Positions 8,595 through 17,573 are shown, counted from the first letter of the stretch. The stretch is 41,911 bases of DNA from Spirochaetales bacterium (GCA_016928955.1 JAFGJV010000029.1:62001-103911); one strand, 5' to 3'. Translations and numbers: made by a program. The notes: generated by a model from the letters alone, not told the origin.

Positions 8595-9362
8595 TCAGTC
8601 GTAGCGCTTGGCCACGCTGTCCAGCACCCTGTCGCGGTCCAGCATCACAAAGAAGTCCGTGGTGCCGAACTCCCTGTCGGCCGCGGGCTGGCCCGACACC
8701 TTGGAGCCCATGCGCACGTAGCCTTTGATCAGCACGGGCAACTTGCGTGCGGCGTCCCGTGGGTCGGCCAGCTGGCGATCCTGGTCAAAGCCGTCCATGC
8801 TGAACGCCGGGCGCGGCCTGACCGTCAGCTCGGGCGGGGTCAGGGCGCCCTTGTCCCTGAGGTAGGCGTGCAGGTCTGACGCCAGGTCCGGATCCAGGCC
8901 GGGCACCGAGCCGCAGCCTATGAGGTAGCGACTGCCGTGCGCCAGCATGTAGCGGGATATGCCCACCCACAGGAGCCGGAGCGCCTGGCCGCCCCGGTAG
9001 TCCCGGTGGACGCAGCTCCGGCCCAGCTCCACGGCCCGGGGCAGGACGCCGCCCAGGCAGTCCAGCTCGAACTCCGTTTCCGAGTAGAACCCGCCGTGGC
9101 TTGCGGCCACGTCGCCGCGGATCAGGCGGTAGGTCCCAACCACTGCCCCGTCCCGCTCGTGGTCCACCACGATCAGATGGTCGCAGTAGTCGTCGTACGC
9201 GTCCCTGTCTCTGCCGCTGTCCCTGCTGGCCGGAAGGCCTTCCGCAAGCTCGAGGTTGAACACCTCGTAGCGCAGGGCCAGGGCCCCGTCTATGTCCTTG
9301 GCGCTCCGCGCGATTTTTGCCTCAAGGGAGCCCGAGCGGGCGTTGATGCCGTCCGTGTCCAT
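8595..9362 (-). CDS. GNAT-family N-acyltransferase, ornithine-lipid synthase OlsB-like
   Basis: LRYEVFNLEL, DRDAYDDYCDHLIV, VGTYRL, GFYSETEF, ELGRSCVHRDYR, LPVLIKGYVRMG, DREFGTTDFF. Start set at ATG 9362 (MDTDG); the longer ORF overlaps the upstream gene. Confidence 0.85.
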   Translation of the reverse strand: MDTDGINARSGSLEAKIARSAKDIDGALALRYEVFNLELAEGLPASRDSGRDRDAYDDYCDHLIVVDHERDGAVVGTYRLIRGDVAASHGGFYSETEFELDCLGGVLPRAVELGRSCVHRDYRGGQALRLLWVGISRYMLAHGSRYLIGCGSVPGLDPDLASDLHAYLRDKGALTPPELTVRPRPAFSMDGFDQDRQLADPRDAARKLPVLIKGYVRMGSKVSGQPAADREFGTTDFFVMLDRDRVLDSVAKRYD

Positions 9363-9387
9363 GGTGCGCTCTCCCGTGTCCCGCGGC

Positions 9388-10758
9388 TCAGCGCAAGCCG
9401 GGGAAATGCCGTTCCAGGTATACCACCCGGTCCGCCGACTCCCGCCAGCGGCGGCTGCGCGGATACTCGTCGCGCACCCGTTTGTAGTATGCGTAGGATT
9501 TCTTGATGTCGCGGAACGGCGTGTCCTGCTCGTAGGCCAGGCCGTACAGGTAGTACAGCTCGTCCGAACCCGAGGAGAACAGGTCCACGTAGCGGTCCAG
9601 GGCGGCAAGGGCCTGGTTAACCCTGCCCGCTCCCAGCTCGGAAGCGGCAAAATCCAGGATAGCCTTGGGATCGGCCAGGGACAAGAGATAGGCCTGGCGC
9701 TCGGCCGCTGCCTGCTGGCTGGCGGCAAGCGCGGATAGCGCGGCCTGCTGTCCCGTTGCCGCCGGCGACGCTGTATCAACGGCAGCCGGGCTAGCGGCAA
9801 GCGCAGAGGCAGGGGACGACGCCTGGTCACCCGTGGCCGGGCTCGTGGTCCCAGCTGGAACGGCGGTGGCGCCGGCCGCGCTTCCGGTGCCCGGATCCAC
9901 GTTCCCTGTGGCCGTGCTGGCAGCGCCTGGCGCCTGGGCTCCCGCCGCGGAAGCCCGGCCTTCTTCGAAAGCGGGAGCGTCGCGCACGGTCACCTGGACC
10001 AGGCTGGTCTGCCGCTCGCCGCTGACGGGATCCTGGCGCTGGAAGCGTATGACGTAGGTACCGCTGTCCTCGGGATACAAGGTGAATATGGAGAAAGAGC
10101 CATCATAGCGGCGAGCCCGGTACTCAAGCCCGGTTTTGCCGTCCTCGTCGCCCAGATAGGTCCAGCCGGCCCCAGCAAAACTCAGGTCAAAGCCCTGGTC
10201 GCGGTAGGCGTCCAGGCTTGAGCTGATGGACTGGGGAGCCTGAGCCGCCGCCGCCTGGGCCTGGGCCGACGCCAGGGGCGTGGCGTACGCGGAAGGCTGG
10301 CTTGCCGACGGCTCGGCGGCCGAAGGGGCCGTGGCCTTGGGAGCGGGCTTTGCCGTGGCTGTGGGCTGGGCGGCTGGGGAGGCTGAGGTAGCCGTGGTGG
10401 CCGGCGCCGTGGGCGCGGCCGCCTTTGGCTGGACGGCTGGGCCGGCCGGGGAAGCCGGTGCCGGAGTGGCGGCTGGCACCGCGGCGTCCGGAAGGCTTGG
10501 GTCGGTCGCGGCCAGGGCGTCCGAGCTGGGAGCGTCGCCCGCCAGGGCTCGCGGGCCTGATGCGGCGGAAGGCGGAAGGGCCTCCGCGAGCGCCTGCGGG
10601 ACCTGCGCACCTGCTTGGGGCGCCTCCAGGTAGAAGGAGCTGGCCACGGGTTGGTCGGCGCCGGCTGCCGGATCGGGGTCCGACACACAGGCGGCCATGG
10701 CGAGTACCAGGGAAACAATCGTTATGCGCTCAATCCACCGCGTTGAAAATGGCTTCAA
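9388..10758 (-). CDS. Putative lipoprotein with Ala/Pro-rich linkers and C-terminal TPR/BamD-like repeat
   Basis: Hydrophobic signal ending LAMAAC; low-complexity A/P/S/T tracts; C-terminal DELYYLYGLAYE...YYKRVRDEYPRS. TTG start with AGGAAGG upstream. Confidence 0.7.
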   Translation of the reverse strand: MKPFSTRWIERITIVSLVLAMAACVSDPDPAAGADQPVASSFYLEAPQAGAQVPQALAEALPPSAASGPRALAGDAPSSDALAATDPSLPDAAVPAATPAPASPAGPAVQPKAAAPTAPATTATSASPAAQPTATAKPAPKATAPSAAEPSASQPSAYATPLASAQAQAAAAQAPQSISSSLDAYRDQGFDLSFAGAGWTYLGDEDGKTGLEYRARRYDGSFSIFTLYPEDSGTYVIRFQRQDPVSGERQTSLVQVTVRDAPAFEEGRASAAGAQAPGAASTATGNVDPGTGSAAGATAVPAGTTSPATGDQASSPASALAASPAAVDTASPAATGQQAALSALAASQQAAAERQAYLLSLADPKAILDFAASELGAGRVNQALAALDRYVDLFSSGSDELYYLYGLAYEQDTPFRDIKKSYAYYKRVRDEYPRSRRWRESADRVVYLERHFPGLR

Positions 10759-11284
10759 GCTCGGCCTTCCTACGTTCTATTATCGGAGCGAGGTCCAGGC
10801 CCTCAAAGGCTGGCAGCTGGGCTTCTACGTCCGCGTCAGTATACAGCCGCTTGGGTTCCCGCGCCAGCGGGAAGGGCAATTCCCCCGGTTCAGGGCCGGG
10901 AACGACCAGCAGGCGGTACAGCGCCGGCCCTCCGGACGGAAAATCGTACGGGAGCGCGGCGGCCGGCGTGGGCGCTGCTTGTTCCGGCCTGCCCCTGGCC
11001 AGTATGACGACCAGGCCCAGGATGACCACGGCGGCCATACCAGCCGCGGCCAAACGCAGACTGCGCGCGCGCGCCTTGCCGTCGAATGTATCAGGGGCGT
11101 CGGCCGGGGCCGCCTGGCCCTGCCCGTCTGCCCGGGAGCGGCCAACGCCTGGCTTGATGGCGCCAGACAGCGGCCTGACCAGGGCAGCCGCCTTCCGCGC
11201 CAGGGTACGGGCGGCCGTCCAGAGGGCTGCCGGCAGTTTTGCCACTCCGGCGGCAAACCCGGCGAGCCAGGCCGGAGCTTTCAT
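10730..11284 (-). CDS. Hypothetical single-pass membrane protein
   Basis: ATGA overlap with the smc stop; one TM (LAAAGMAAVVILGLVVIL). Confidence 0.7.
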   Translation of the reverse strand: MKAPAWLAGFAAGVAKLPAALWTAARTLARKAAALVRPLSGAIKPGVGRSRADGQGQAAPADAPDTFDGKARARSLRLAAAGMAAVVILGLVVILARGRPEQAAPTPAAALPYDFPSGGPALYRLLVVPGPEPGELPFPLAREPKRLYTDADVEAQLPAFEGLDLAPIIERRKAELEAIFNAVD

Positions 11285-14200
11285 GTGTCCGAACCTGAGC
11301 CCGCGTCGCCATGCTCAGCCGGCGCAGCAATGGCCGGATCGACGCCTTCCTCGGCGGGAACATGGGCCGGCGGAGCGTCTTCCGCAACAGGGATCGGTCC
11401 ACCCGCGGGGGCGTCGTCAGCCTGGGCGCCATCGGTATGGTCGCCCGCAGGCTTACTCTGGGTGGCCTGGCCCTCCGTACCTGGCGCGGGGGCCAGTTCC
11501 CTGCCCTCCTCGTATTCCACGTCCTCGTCGTCAAAGAGGCCAATGGGCTCGGGCACGCGGATCTCCTGGCCGTCGGAGCGCTCCAGGCGCACGGAAATGA
11601 CCTTGGTCACGCCGGACTCCTCCATGGTAACACCCAGCAGGGCGTCGGCCCCGGTAACCGTCTTCTTGTTGTGGGTGATCACGATGAACTGGCTGGTGCG
11701 CCCGAACTCGCGTAGCAGGTTGACAAAGCGTATGACGTTCTGCTCGTCCAGGGCCGCGTCGATCTCGTCCAGGAAACAGAAGGGCGACGGGCGCACCATG
11801 TAGGTGGCAAAGAGGAGGCCGATGGCCGTGAGGCTCTTCTCGCCGCCCGAGAGCAGGGATATGTTCTCCAGCTTCTTTCCCGGCGGCTGGGCGTATATCT
11901 CTATGCCGGACTCCAGGACGTGGTCGGGATCCACCAGGCGCAACTCGCCCCGTCCGCCTCCGAACAGGCGCCTGAACATGTTGTGGAAATTCTTCTTTAC
12001 GCGGTTGTAGGTGTCCAGGAACAGCTGGGCGCTCTCGTCGCGGATCTCCTGGGTGATGCGCTTGAGGTCGTCGCGCGCCTTCTGGAGGTCTGACAGCTGG
12101 CCGGACAGGAACTCGTAGCGCTCCTTGACCTCGGTGAATTCCTCCGGGGCCATCAGGTTGACCGAGCCCAGGTCCTTGAGCTTCTGCCTGCGCTCGCTCA
12201 GGCGGTCCTTGAGTTCTGGCAGGGCCGAGCGGATCTCATACATGCGCTCCTCGAACTCGACCAGGTCGCGCCCGTACTGCTCGCGGAAGGTTTCCTTGAC
12301 GTTGCGTATCTCGGTATCCGTCTGGGCCAGGCCCAGGTGCAGGCGTTCAAGGTCGTTCTGGCAGGACGCCAGCTTGTCCATCTTCCTGCGCAGGTCCTCC
12401 TGGCGCTTGCCCAGGTCGGAATTCTTGAGCGCTATGTCCTTCTCCAGCCGCTCGAGCTCGGCGGTCAGTTCCCGGCCCTTGCGCTCTACCTCAACAATCT
12501 CCTCGTCGATGGACGCCAGGTCCTCCTGGGCTTCCTCAAGGCGACGCTCGTCCAAAGCGGTCTCCGCCTCAAGCTCGCGGAAAAAGCCTTCCTGGCCGGC
12601 TATCTCGCGCCGGATCAGTGCCAGGGATTCCTCCGCGGCCTGGGCCTGGGTCTGCATGCGTATGCGGTTGCCCCTGAGTTCCTCAAGGGTCTTGCGGTAC
12701 TCGTCTATCCTGACGGCTAGCTCGCGGTTCTCGTCGCGCAGTTCGGCTATGCGCGCGCGCCGGGCGGCCACACCGTCCTTGATGGCAGCCATGGCCGCGT
12801 CCACCGCCCGCTTTTTGGTGATGATGCCTTCAGGCGACAAGAATTCATCGATGAAGCTGGGCGTGGTCTTGCGGTATGCCTCGTAGCGGCCCTGGAGCTC
12901 GCGCGCGTGCTCGGCCGCCTCGTTCAGGGCCTGGCGGGCCCCCTCTATCAGCGTACGGGCCTGGGGCGACCCGTAGTCCTTCAGGTTGACCAGGTCGTCC
13001 AGGATGGCCGCCTTGCCGGACAGCCTGGCCATGAGCCCGGCAATCAGGGTCTGGATGGCCTCCTCTGCCGCCTTGCGCTCGGCCGCCGAGTAGCCGGTTT
13101 CCTTGAGGCGGGCGTCCAGCTCGGACACGATGTCCTCAGTGATGGCGTCTAACTGCGCCTGGGCGCCAACCAGGTCGGCGTCCAGCTTCAGTATGTCCGA
13201 CTCGGCGCGGGCTATGTCCGCGTCGTTGGAGCGTATGCGCTCCTCGGCCGCGCCTATGGAGCCCTCAAAGCCCTGGATGTTCTTCTCGATCTCGGCCAGG
13301 CGGCCCTTGTGTCCGCTCAGGATGGCCTGTTTCTCGTCCTCGTCCTCGTGCAGGCCCTCGATTTTCTCTGCCAGCGCCTTGAGCTTGAGCTTGGCCTGGT
13401 CGATTTTGGCCCGCGACTCTGACACGCGCTCTGCCAGGAGCTTTCTTTCCTTCTCCTTGCCGGCGCGCTCCACGGCCAAGCCGTACACGGTCTTCTGGAC
13501 GTCCACCAGCTTGGCTTCCATGGTGTTGACGATGTCCAGGTTTTCCTCGAGCGACATGTTGATGTCGTCGATGGCCCGTTTCATGGCGTCGCGCTCGGTG
13601 GTCTTGGCGGCTATGTCGCCGTCCCGCCGCTCCTTCTCGTTGACAAAGCCCCGCAGCCTGAGCAGGAACAGGTCCAGCTCAGCGTTGAACACCTCGTCGC
13701 GGAGGGCCCGATAGGCCAGGGTCTTTTCCGACTGGGCCTTGAGGGTGTCGTAGCTGCGCTTGACCTCGCCCAGTATGCCGTCCACCTGGCGCATGTTTTC
13801 CTCGGTGCGCGACAGCTTGAGCTCGGCCTCCCTGGAGCGCACCTTGTGCTTGGTGATGCCCGCGGCCTCCTCGAAGAGGTAGCGCCGCTCCTCGGGCTTG
13901 CTGGACAGGATCTGGTCGATACGGCCCTGCTCCATCACCGAGTAGGCGCTCTTGCCTATGCCCGTGTCCCAGAACAGCTCGCGCAGTTCCTTGAGCTTGG
14001 CCAGCTGGCCGTTGATGAAGTACTCGCTCTCCCCGGAACGGTACAGGCGGCGCCGTATGGCTATCTCGGGCACGTCCATGGGCAGGACGGACGTCTCGTT
14101 GGATATGGTCAGGGTCACTTCGGCCACGCCGAGGGCTTTGCGGGTTTCGGTGCCGTTGAAGATGATGTCTTCCATGGCCTCGGCCCGGAGCGAGCGGGCC

Positions 14201-14355
14201 GACTGCTCGCCAACCACCCATTTGATGGAGTCCACCACGTTGGACTTGCCGCAGCCGTTCGGGCCGAGCAGGGCGGATATGCCCTCCGAGAAATCTATGC
14301 GGGTGCGGTCGGCAAAGCTTTTGAATCCGAATATTTCCAGGCTTTTCAGGAACAC
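11281..14355 (-). CDS. smc: Chromosome segregation protein SMC (short form)
   Basis: MFLKSLEIFGFKSF, Walker A GPNGCGKS, Q-loop EQG, long coiled coils, signature LSGGEKS, Walker B/D-loop FLDEIDAALD. Confidence 0.95.
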   Translation of the reverse strand: MFLKSLEIFGFKSFADRTRIDFSEGISALLGPNGCGKSNVVDSIKWVVGEQSARSLRAEAMEDIIFNGTETRKALGVAEVTLTISNETSVLPMDVPEIAIRRRLYRSGESEYFINGQLAKLKELRELFWDTGIGKSAYSVMEQGRIDQILSSKPEERRYLFEEAAGITKHKVRSREAELKLSRTEENMRQVDGILGEVKRSYDTLKAQSEKTLAYRALRDEVFNAELDLFLLRLRGFVNEKERRDGDIAAKTTERDAMKRAIDDINMSLEENLDIVNTMEAKLVDVQKTVYGLAVERAGKEKERKLLAERVSESRAKIDQAKLKLKALAEKIEGLHEDEDEKQAILSGHKGRLAEIEKNIQGFEGSIGAAEERIRSNDADIARAESDILKLDADLVGAQAQLDAITEDIVSELDARLKETGYSAAERKAAEEAIQTLIAGLMARLSGKAAILDDLVNLKDYGSPQARTLIEGARQALNEAAEHARELQGRYEAYRKTTPSFIDEFLSPEGIITKKRAVDAAMAAIKDGVAARRARIAELRDENRELAVRIDEYRKTLEELRGNRIRMQTQAQAAEESLALIRREIAGQEGFFRELEAETALDERRLEEAQEDLASIDEEIVEVERKGRELTAELERLEKDIALKNSDLGKRQEDLRRKMDKLASCQNDLERLHLGLAQTDTEIRNVKETFREQYGRDLVEFEERMYEIRSALPELKDRLSERRQKLKDLGSVNLMAPEEFTEVKERYEFLSGQLSDLQKARDDLKRITQEIRDESAQLFLDTYNRVKKNFHNMFRRLFGGGRGELRLVDPDHVLESGIEIYAQPPGKKLENISLLSGGEKSLTAIGLLFATYMVRPSPFCFLDEIDAALDEQNVIRFVNLLREFGRTSQFIVITHNKKTVTGADALLGVTMEESGVTKVISVRLERSDGQEIRVPEPIGLFDDEDVEYEEGRELAPAPGTEGQATQSKPAGDHTDGAQADDAPAGGPIPVAEDAPPAHVPAEEGVDPAIAAPAEHGDAGSGSDT

Positions 14356-14401
14356 GGGTTTGCTACCTCGTTACATTGGCAGGATGGTCGTATAGCCAGG
14401 G

Positions 14402-14410
14402 ATAGTAGCA
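14402..14410 (-). promoter_or_regulatory. Extended -10 element upstream of smc
   Basis: Minus strand TGcTACTAT about 46 bp upstream of the GTG start. Confidence 0.45.
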
Positions 14411-14613
14411 CAAAACCCTGGTCTGGGAAACCACTCAAGCAGCGGCGCAGGTGCGGTCCGAGACTCGCAAGACCGCAGGGGGTACAGGGGGGTATCCCCC
14501 CTGTGTCCAAAGGATCACAGCACACAAGGCAAGCCTTTGGAAAAAGCTTTGGGGTATCCCCTCTGTGACTCCGTGTCCCAATAGTTTTCTTCCCTGCCGC
14601 GGGGCTCGCGGGC

Positions 14614-14640
14614 AAAAAAAAGCCGCCCGGGCGGGCGGCT
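14614..14640 (-). terminator. Intrinsic terminator after the HTH-EIIA gene
   Basis: agccgccc/gggcggct stem with an A8 run on the plus strand (U8 on minus). Confidence 0.85.
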
Positions 14641-14660
14641 CAAGGTTGCTGTGGAACGTA

Positions 14661-15317
14661 TCAGTCTTCGTCCTGGGCGACCAAAAGGTCGTAGACGGCG
14701 GACGGCTCGGCGGCGGCCAGAATGCTTTCCCTGAGCTCGTTGTTCTTCAGCTTGGCGCTGAAGTACGACAGGGTCTGCAGGTAGTACGCGTGCTGGTTGT
14801 ACGCGGCCGCTATCATGAACAGCAGGCGGACCGGCTGGTCGTCAAAGGCGTTGAAGTCCTGGATGTCGCACTTGCTGACGCCCACGGCGACCACCAGGTC
14901 GGTGACGCTGGACAAACGCACGTGCGGTATGGCTATGCCGCGGCCTATGGCCGTGCTCATAAGGTCCTCACGGCGCAGTATCTCGGCCACGATCTCCTGT
15001 TTGCTCTTGATCTGGGGCGCGGCGGCCAGGCGTTCGGCCAGGGCAATCAGGGCCTCCCGTTTGCGCGGATAGTCCAGGAACACCACGCGGTCAGGCGACA
15101 GCACGTTCCTCATCCTTACCGGATGTATGGACGCCACCGGCTTGTTCGACGACAGGCGCTCGTTCACCCAGCGCTCGATCTCGCTCTTCTTGAAGCGCCA
15201 CACCGTGCCTATCTTGCCGGCCGGGATTTCGCCCTTCTGAGCCCAATCGTACACGGTCCTCTCGGACACGCGCAGGTACTTGGCAACTTCTTCTATTGTA
15301 AGGATGTCGTCATCCAT
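14661..15317 (-). CDS. Excisionase-like HTH fused to PTS EIIA (PtsN/fructose type) domain
   Basis: N-terminal ILTIEEVAKYLRVSERTVYDWAQKGEIPAGKIGTVWRF; C-terminal REDLMSTAIGRGIAIPH with the phospho-acceptor His. Confidence 0.9.
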   Translation of the reverse strand: MDDDILTIEEVAKYLRVSERTVYDWAQKGEIPAGKIGTVWRFKKSEIERWVNERLSSNKPVASIHPVRMRNVLSPDRVVFLDYPRKREALIALAERLAAAPQIKSKQEIVAEILRREDLMSTAIGRGIAIPHVRLSSVTDLVVAVGVSKCDIQDFNAFDDQPVRLLFMIAAAYNQHAYYLQTLSYFSAKLKNNELRESILAAAEPSAVYDLLVAQDED

Positions 15318-15422
15318 GCTGACGCCCCCAGACGGTATGATTTGCGCTGATTTTCCAATAAAAGTAAAAGAATGTCAAGCCAGGCGAACGACGTGCCGTT
15401 GCACGCGTGCCCGCAGGCCTTG

Positions 15423-16052
15423 TCAGTCTCCCGTAATCCTGTCAAAAGCGTCGTCTATATCGACACTTTTCCAGCCAAGCTCCCGCATGGCTATCCGGGC
15501 GTCCGCGGGCGAATGGCGCTTGATGAGCAGCGCAAGGGCGCGCGAAACCGCCTCCGCGCGGCCTTCGTCGGCGTACAGCTCGTCCAGGGCCGCCTGTATA
15601 TCCGCCCGGCCCACACCCCTGGCGGCCAGGCCTGCGCGCAGGCTGACCGGCCCCTCTGCCCGGCTCCTGGAGCGCTGGCGGGCCCAGCTCAGGGCAAAAC
15701 GCCGGTCCGACAAGAGGCCCGCGCCTTCCAGCTCGTCCAGGGCCGCGTCAACGGCTTCGGACGGGAAGCGCTTGGCGCCGAGCTTCCGCGCAAGGCCGGC
15801 CCTGGTCTGCTCAGCCCGGGCAAGCAGGGCAAGGGCCTTCTCCTCGGCGTCAGTGGCCTGGACCGCGGCCAGCAACGCGTCCTCGGGGTATTCCGAGCCG
15901 GGTCCCGGCTCAGCGTCGCCCCCGGATGCCTGTTCCCCGCCATCCTGCGAACCTGACAGGTACCTCGGCTTGAAACGAAAAAGGGAGCCCCCTTGGGCCG
16001 TCGCGACGACGACCCCACGGGCTCCCTTCTTGACGGATTCCAGACGGACCAT
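15423..16052 (-). CDS. recX: Regulatory protein RecX
   Basis: KALALLARAEQTRAGLARKL, GLLSDRRFALSW, GPVSLRAGLAARGV three-helix repeats. Confidence 0.8.
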   Translation of the reverse strand: MVRLESVKKGARGVVVATAQGGSLFRFKPRYLSGSQDGGEQASGGDAEPGPGSEYPEDALLAAVQATDAEEKALALLARAEQTRAGLARKLGAKRFPSEAVDAALDELEGAGLLSDRRFALSWARQRSRSRAEGPVSLRAGLAARGVGRADIQAALDELYADEGRAEAVSRALALLIKRHSPADARIAMRELGWKSVDIDDAFDRITGD

Positions 16053-16073
16053 GAGGCGCCGCTGGCTTCCGGT

Positions 16074-16466
16074 TTAGCGCTTGGAGAACTGGAAGCGCCG
16101 GCGAGCGCCGCGCTGACCGTACTTCTTGCGCTCGACCATACGCGGATCGCGGGTAAGCATACCGTTGGCGCGCAGGGACGTGGCTGACGCCGGATCGACC
16201 TGGGTCAGGGCCCGGGCGATGCCGTGCGTGCACGCGCCGGCCTGGCCGTGGGGGCCGCCGCCGGTCACCGTGATCACGATGTCGAATTTGTTGTCGTTGG
16301 ACGTGACGACGAGGGGACGGCGCACGGCGCCGGCGACCTCGGCTATCGGGAAATACTTGTCAAGCTCTATGCCGTTGACGAGAATCTTGCCGTTGCCGTC
16401 GCGGAGGTATACGCGCGCCACGGCGGTCTTGCGTCGGCCGGTGCCTATGCCAAGGTTCTTGATCAT
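16074..16466 (-). CDS. rpsI: 30S ribosomal protein S9
   Basis: GTGRRKTAVARV, GGGPHGQAGA, LTRDPRMVERKKYG...QFSKR. Confidence 0.99.
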   Translation of the reverse strand: MIKNLGIGTGRRKTAVARVYLRDGNGKILVNGIELDKYFPIAEVAGAVRRPLVVTSNDNKFDIVITVTGGGPHGQAGACTHGIARALTQVDPASATSLRANGMLTRDPRMVERKKYGQRGARRRFQFSKR

Positions 16467-16479
16467 CGAATACCTCTCC

Positions 16480-16908
16480 TCAGACTTCGATAGCGACGGG
16501 CTTCTGGGCCGCGTGCGGATGGTCGGCGCCGGCGTACACCTTGCAGTTCAAGGCCAGCTTGCGGCCGAGCGGTCCCTTGGGCAACATGCCGCGGATGGCA
16601 AGCTCCAAAGGATCGGTGGGGTGGCGCTCGATGAGTTTCTCGAACGTGACGGTCTTGAGGCCGCCCGGATACCCGGTGTGATGGTGATACAGCTTGTTCT
16701 CGCGCTTGCGGCCGCTCACCTCGATCTTGGAGGCGTTGATCACGATCACGTAATCGCCGATCTCCTGGTGACCGGTGAAGAACGGCTTGTTCTTGCCGCG
16801 GAGCAGCTGGGCCACCTTGACGGCGACGCGGCCGAGGCGCTTGCCCTGCGCGTCAATGACGTACCACGCGCGGGGGGCTTCAGCAGGCTTTACGAATAGG
16901 GTCTTCAT
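16480..16908 (-). CDS. rplM: 50S ribosomal protein L13
   Basis: WYVIDAQGKRLGR, GDYVIVINA, HTGYPGGLK, RGMLPKGPLGR. Confidence 0.99.
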   Translation of the reverse strand: MKTLFVKPAEAPRAWYVIDAQGKRLGRVAVKVAQLLRGKNKPFFTGHQEIGDYVIVINASKIEVSGRKRENKLYHHHTGYPGGLKTVTFEKLIERHPTDPLELAIRGMLPKGPLGRKLALNCKVYAGADHPHAAQKPVAIEV

Positions 16909-17090
16909 GTGACAGTACCTTCACCTAACAATCGAGTCGCAAGAAGCTCCGGCGGGGCTCGGGTTTTCTTGCGCACCCAGGATGGAGCGACCGGCCTGCG
17001 CAGCCCACAAGGGACTCGCGGCCGCGCTCAATGGCGGAAACAGAAGCATCCTGCTTCCCCAGTCGCGGTAGCGGTCGGACGACTTCGGGG
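16909..17090 (-). promoter_or_regulatory. Long structured 5' leader of rplM-rpsI (candidate ribosomal-protein leader)
   Basis: Lies between a clear promoter and the rplM ATG; at least three stems (17036-17058, 16985-17029, 16938-16973). Confidence 0.55.
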
Positions 17091-17119
17091 ATAATCCCAT
17101 ATTCGGCTGAACGTGTCAA
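17091..17119 (-). promoter_or_regulatory. sigma70-like promoter of rplM-rpsI
   Basis: Minus strand TTGACA, 17 bp spacer, GATTAT with TG at the extended -10 position. Confidence 0.75.
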
Positions 17120-17201
17120 GGCGGGCGGCGGGAAAGGGCGCGGCCGCCCGGAATCAGGCATGCCCCGCTGGCCGGGAAAGCCCAACGCGGAGCTGGTTGG
17201 G

Positions 17202-17432
17202 TCAGTCCTTCTTCTCGGCCTTGCTTTCTTCCGCCTCTTCCTTGCGTGCTTCTATGCGGTCCTTTATGTCGGCAATGCCTATGAACACGGCTATGAGGCC
17301 TATGAACGCGGCCATCACGGGCAGGCTGCCCCGCAGGAACGCCAGAACATCAGCCCACCAGCCCAAGGGACCCGGGACAACGGCAAACACGGCAAAAGCC
17401 ATGAGCACAACGCCTACGATCAAAGCTATCAT
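17202..17432 (-). CDS. Small two-TM hypothetical protein (76 aa) with charged tail
   Basis: MIALIVGVVL...GWWADVLAFLRGSLP...IGIADIKDRIEARKEE; GGAGGA upstream of ATG 17432. Confidence 0.8.
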   Translation of the reverse strand: MIALIVGVVLMAFAVFAVVPGPLGWWADVLAFLRGSLPVMAAFIGLIAVFIGIADIKDRIEARKEEAEESKAEKKD

Positions 17433-17573
17433 ATACTGTCCTCCAGACTCCGCGGCCCGGCTCGGGCCACCCGCACAGAATACCAGAATACCCGGGTTCG
17501 TCAAGCGTGGCCGTTGCGCGCATCCGCGCGGCCAACGTATACTTGCCTGCCCGCAAACCCGGAAGGAAGCGTC

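Noticed and set aside
14661..15317. Prophage excisionase
   Set aside because: The excisionase-like HTH is fused to a PTS EIIA domain and has no phage or integrase context.
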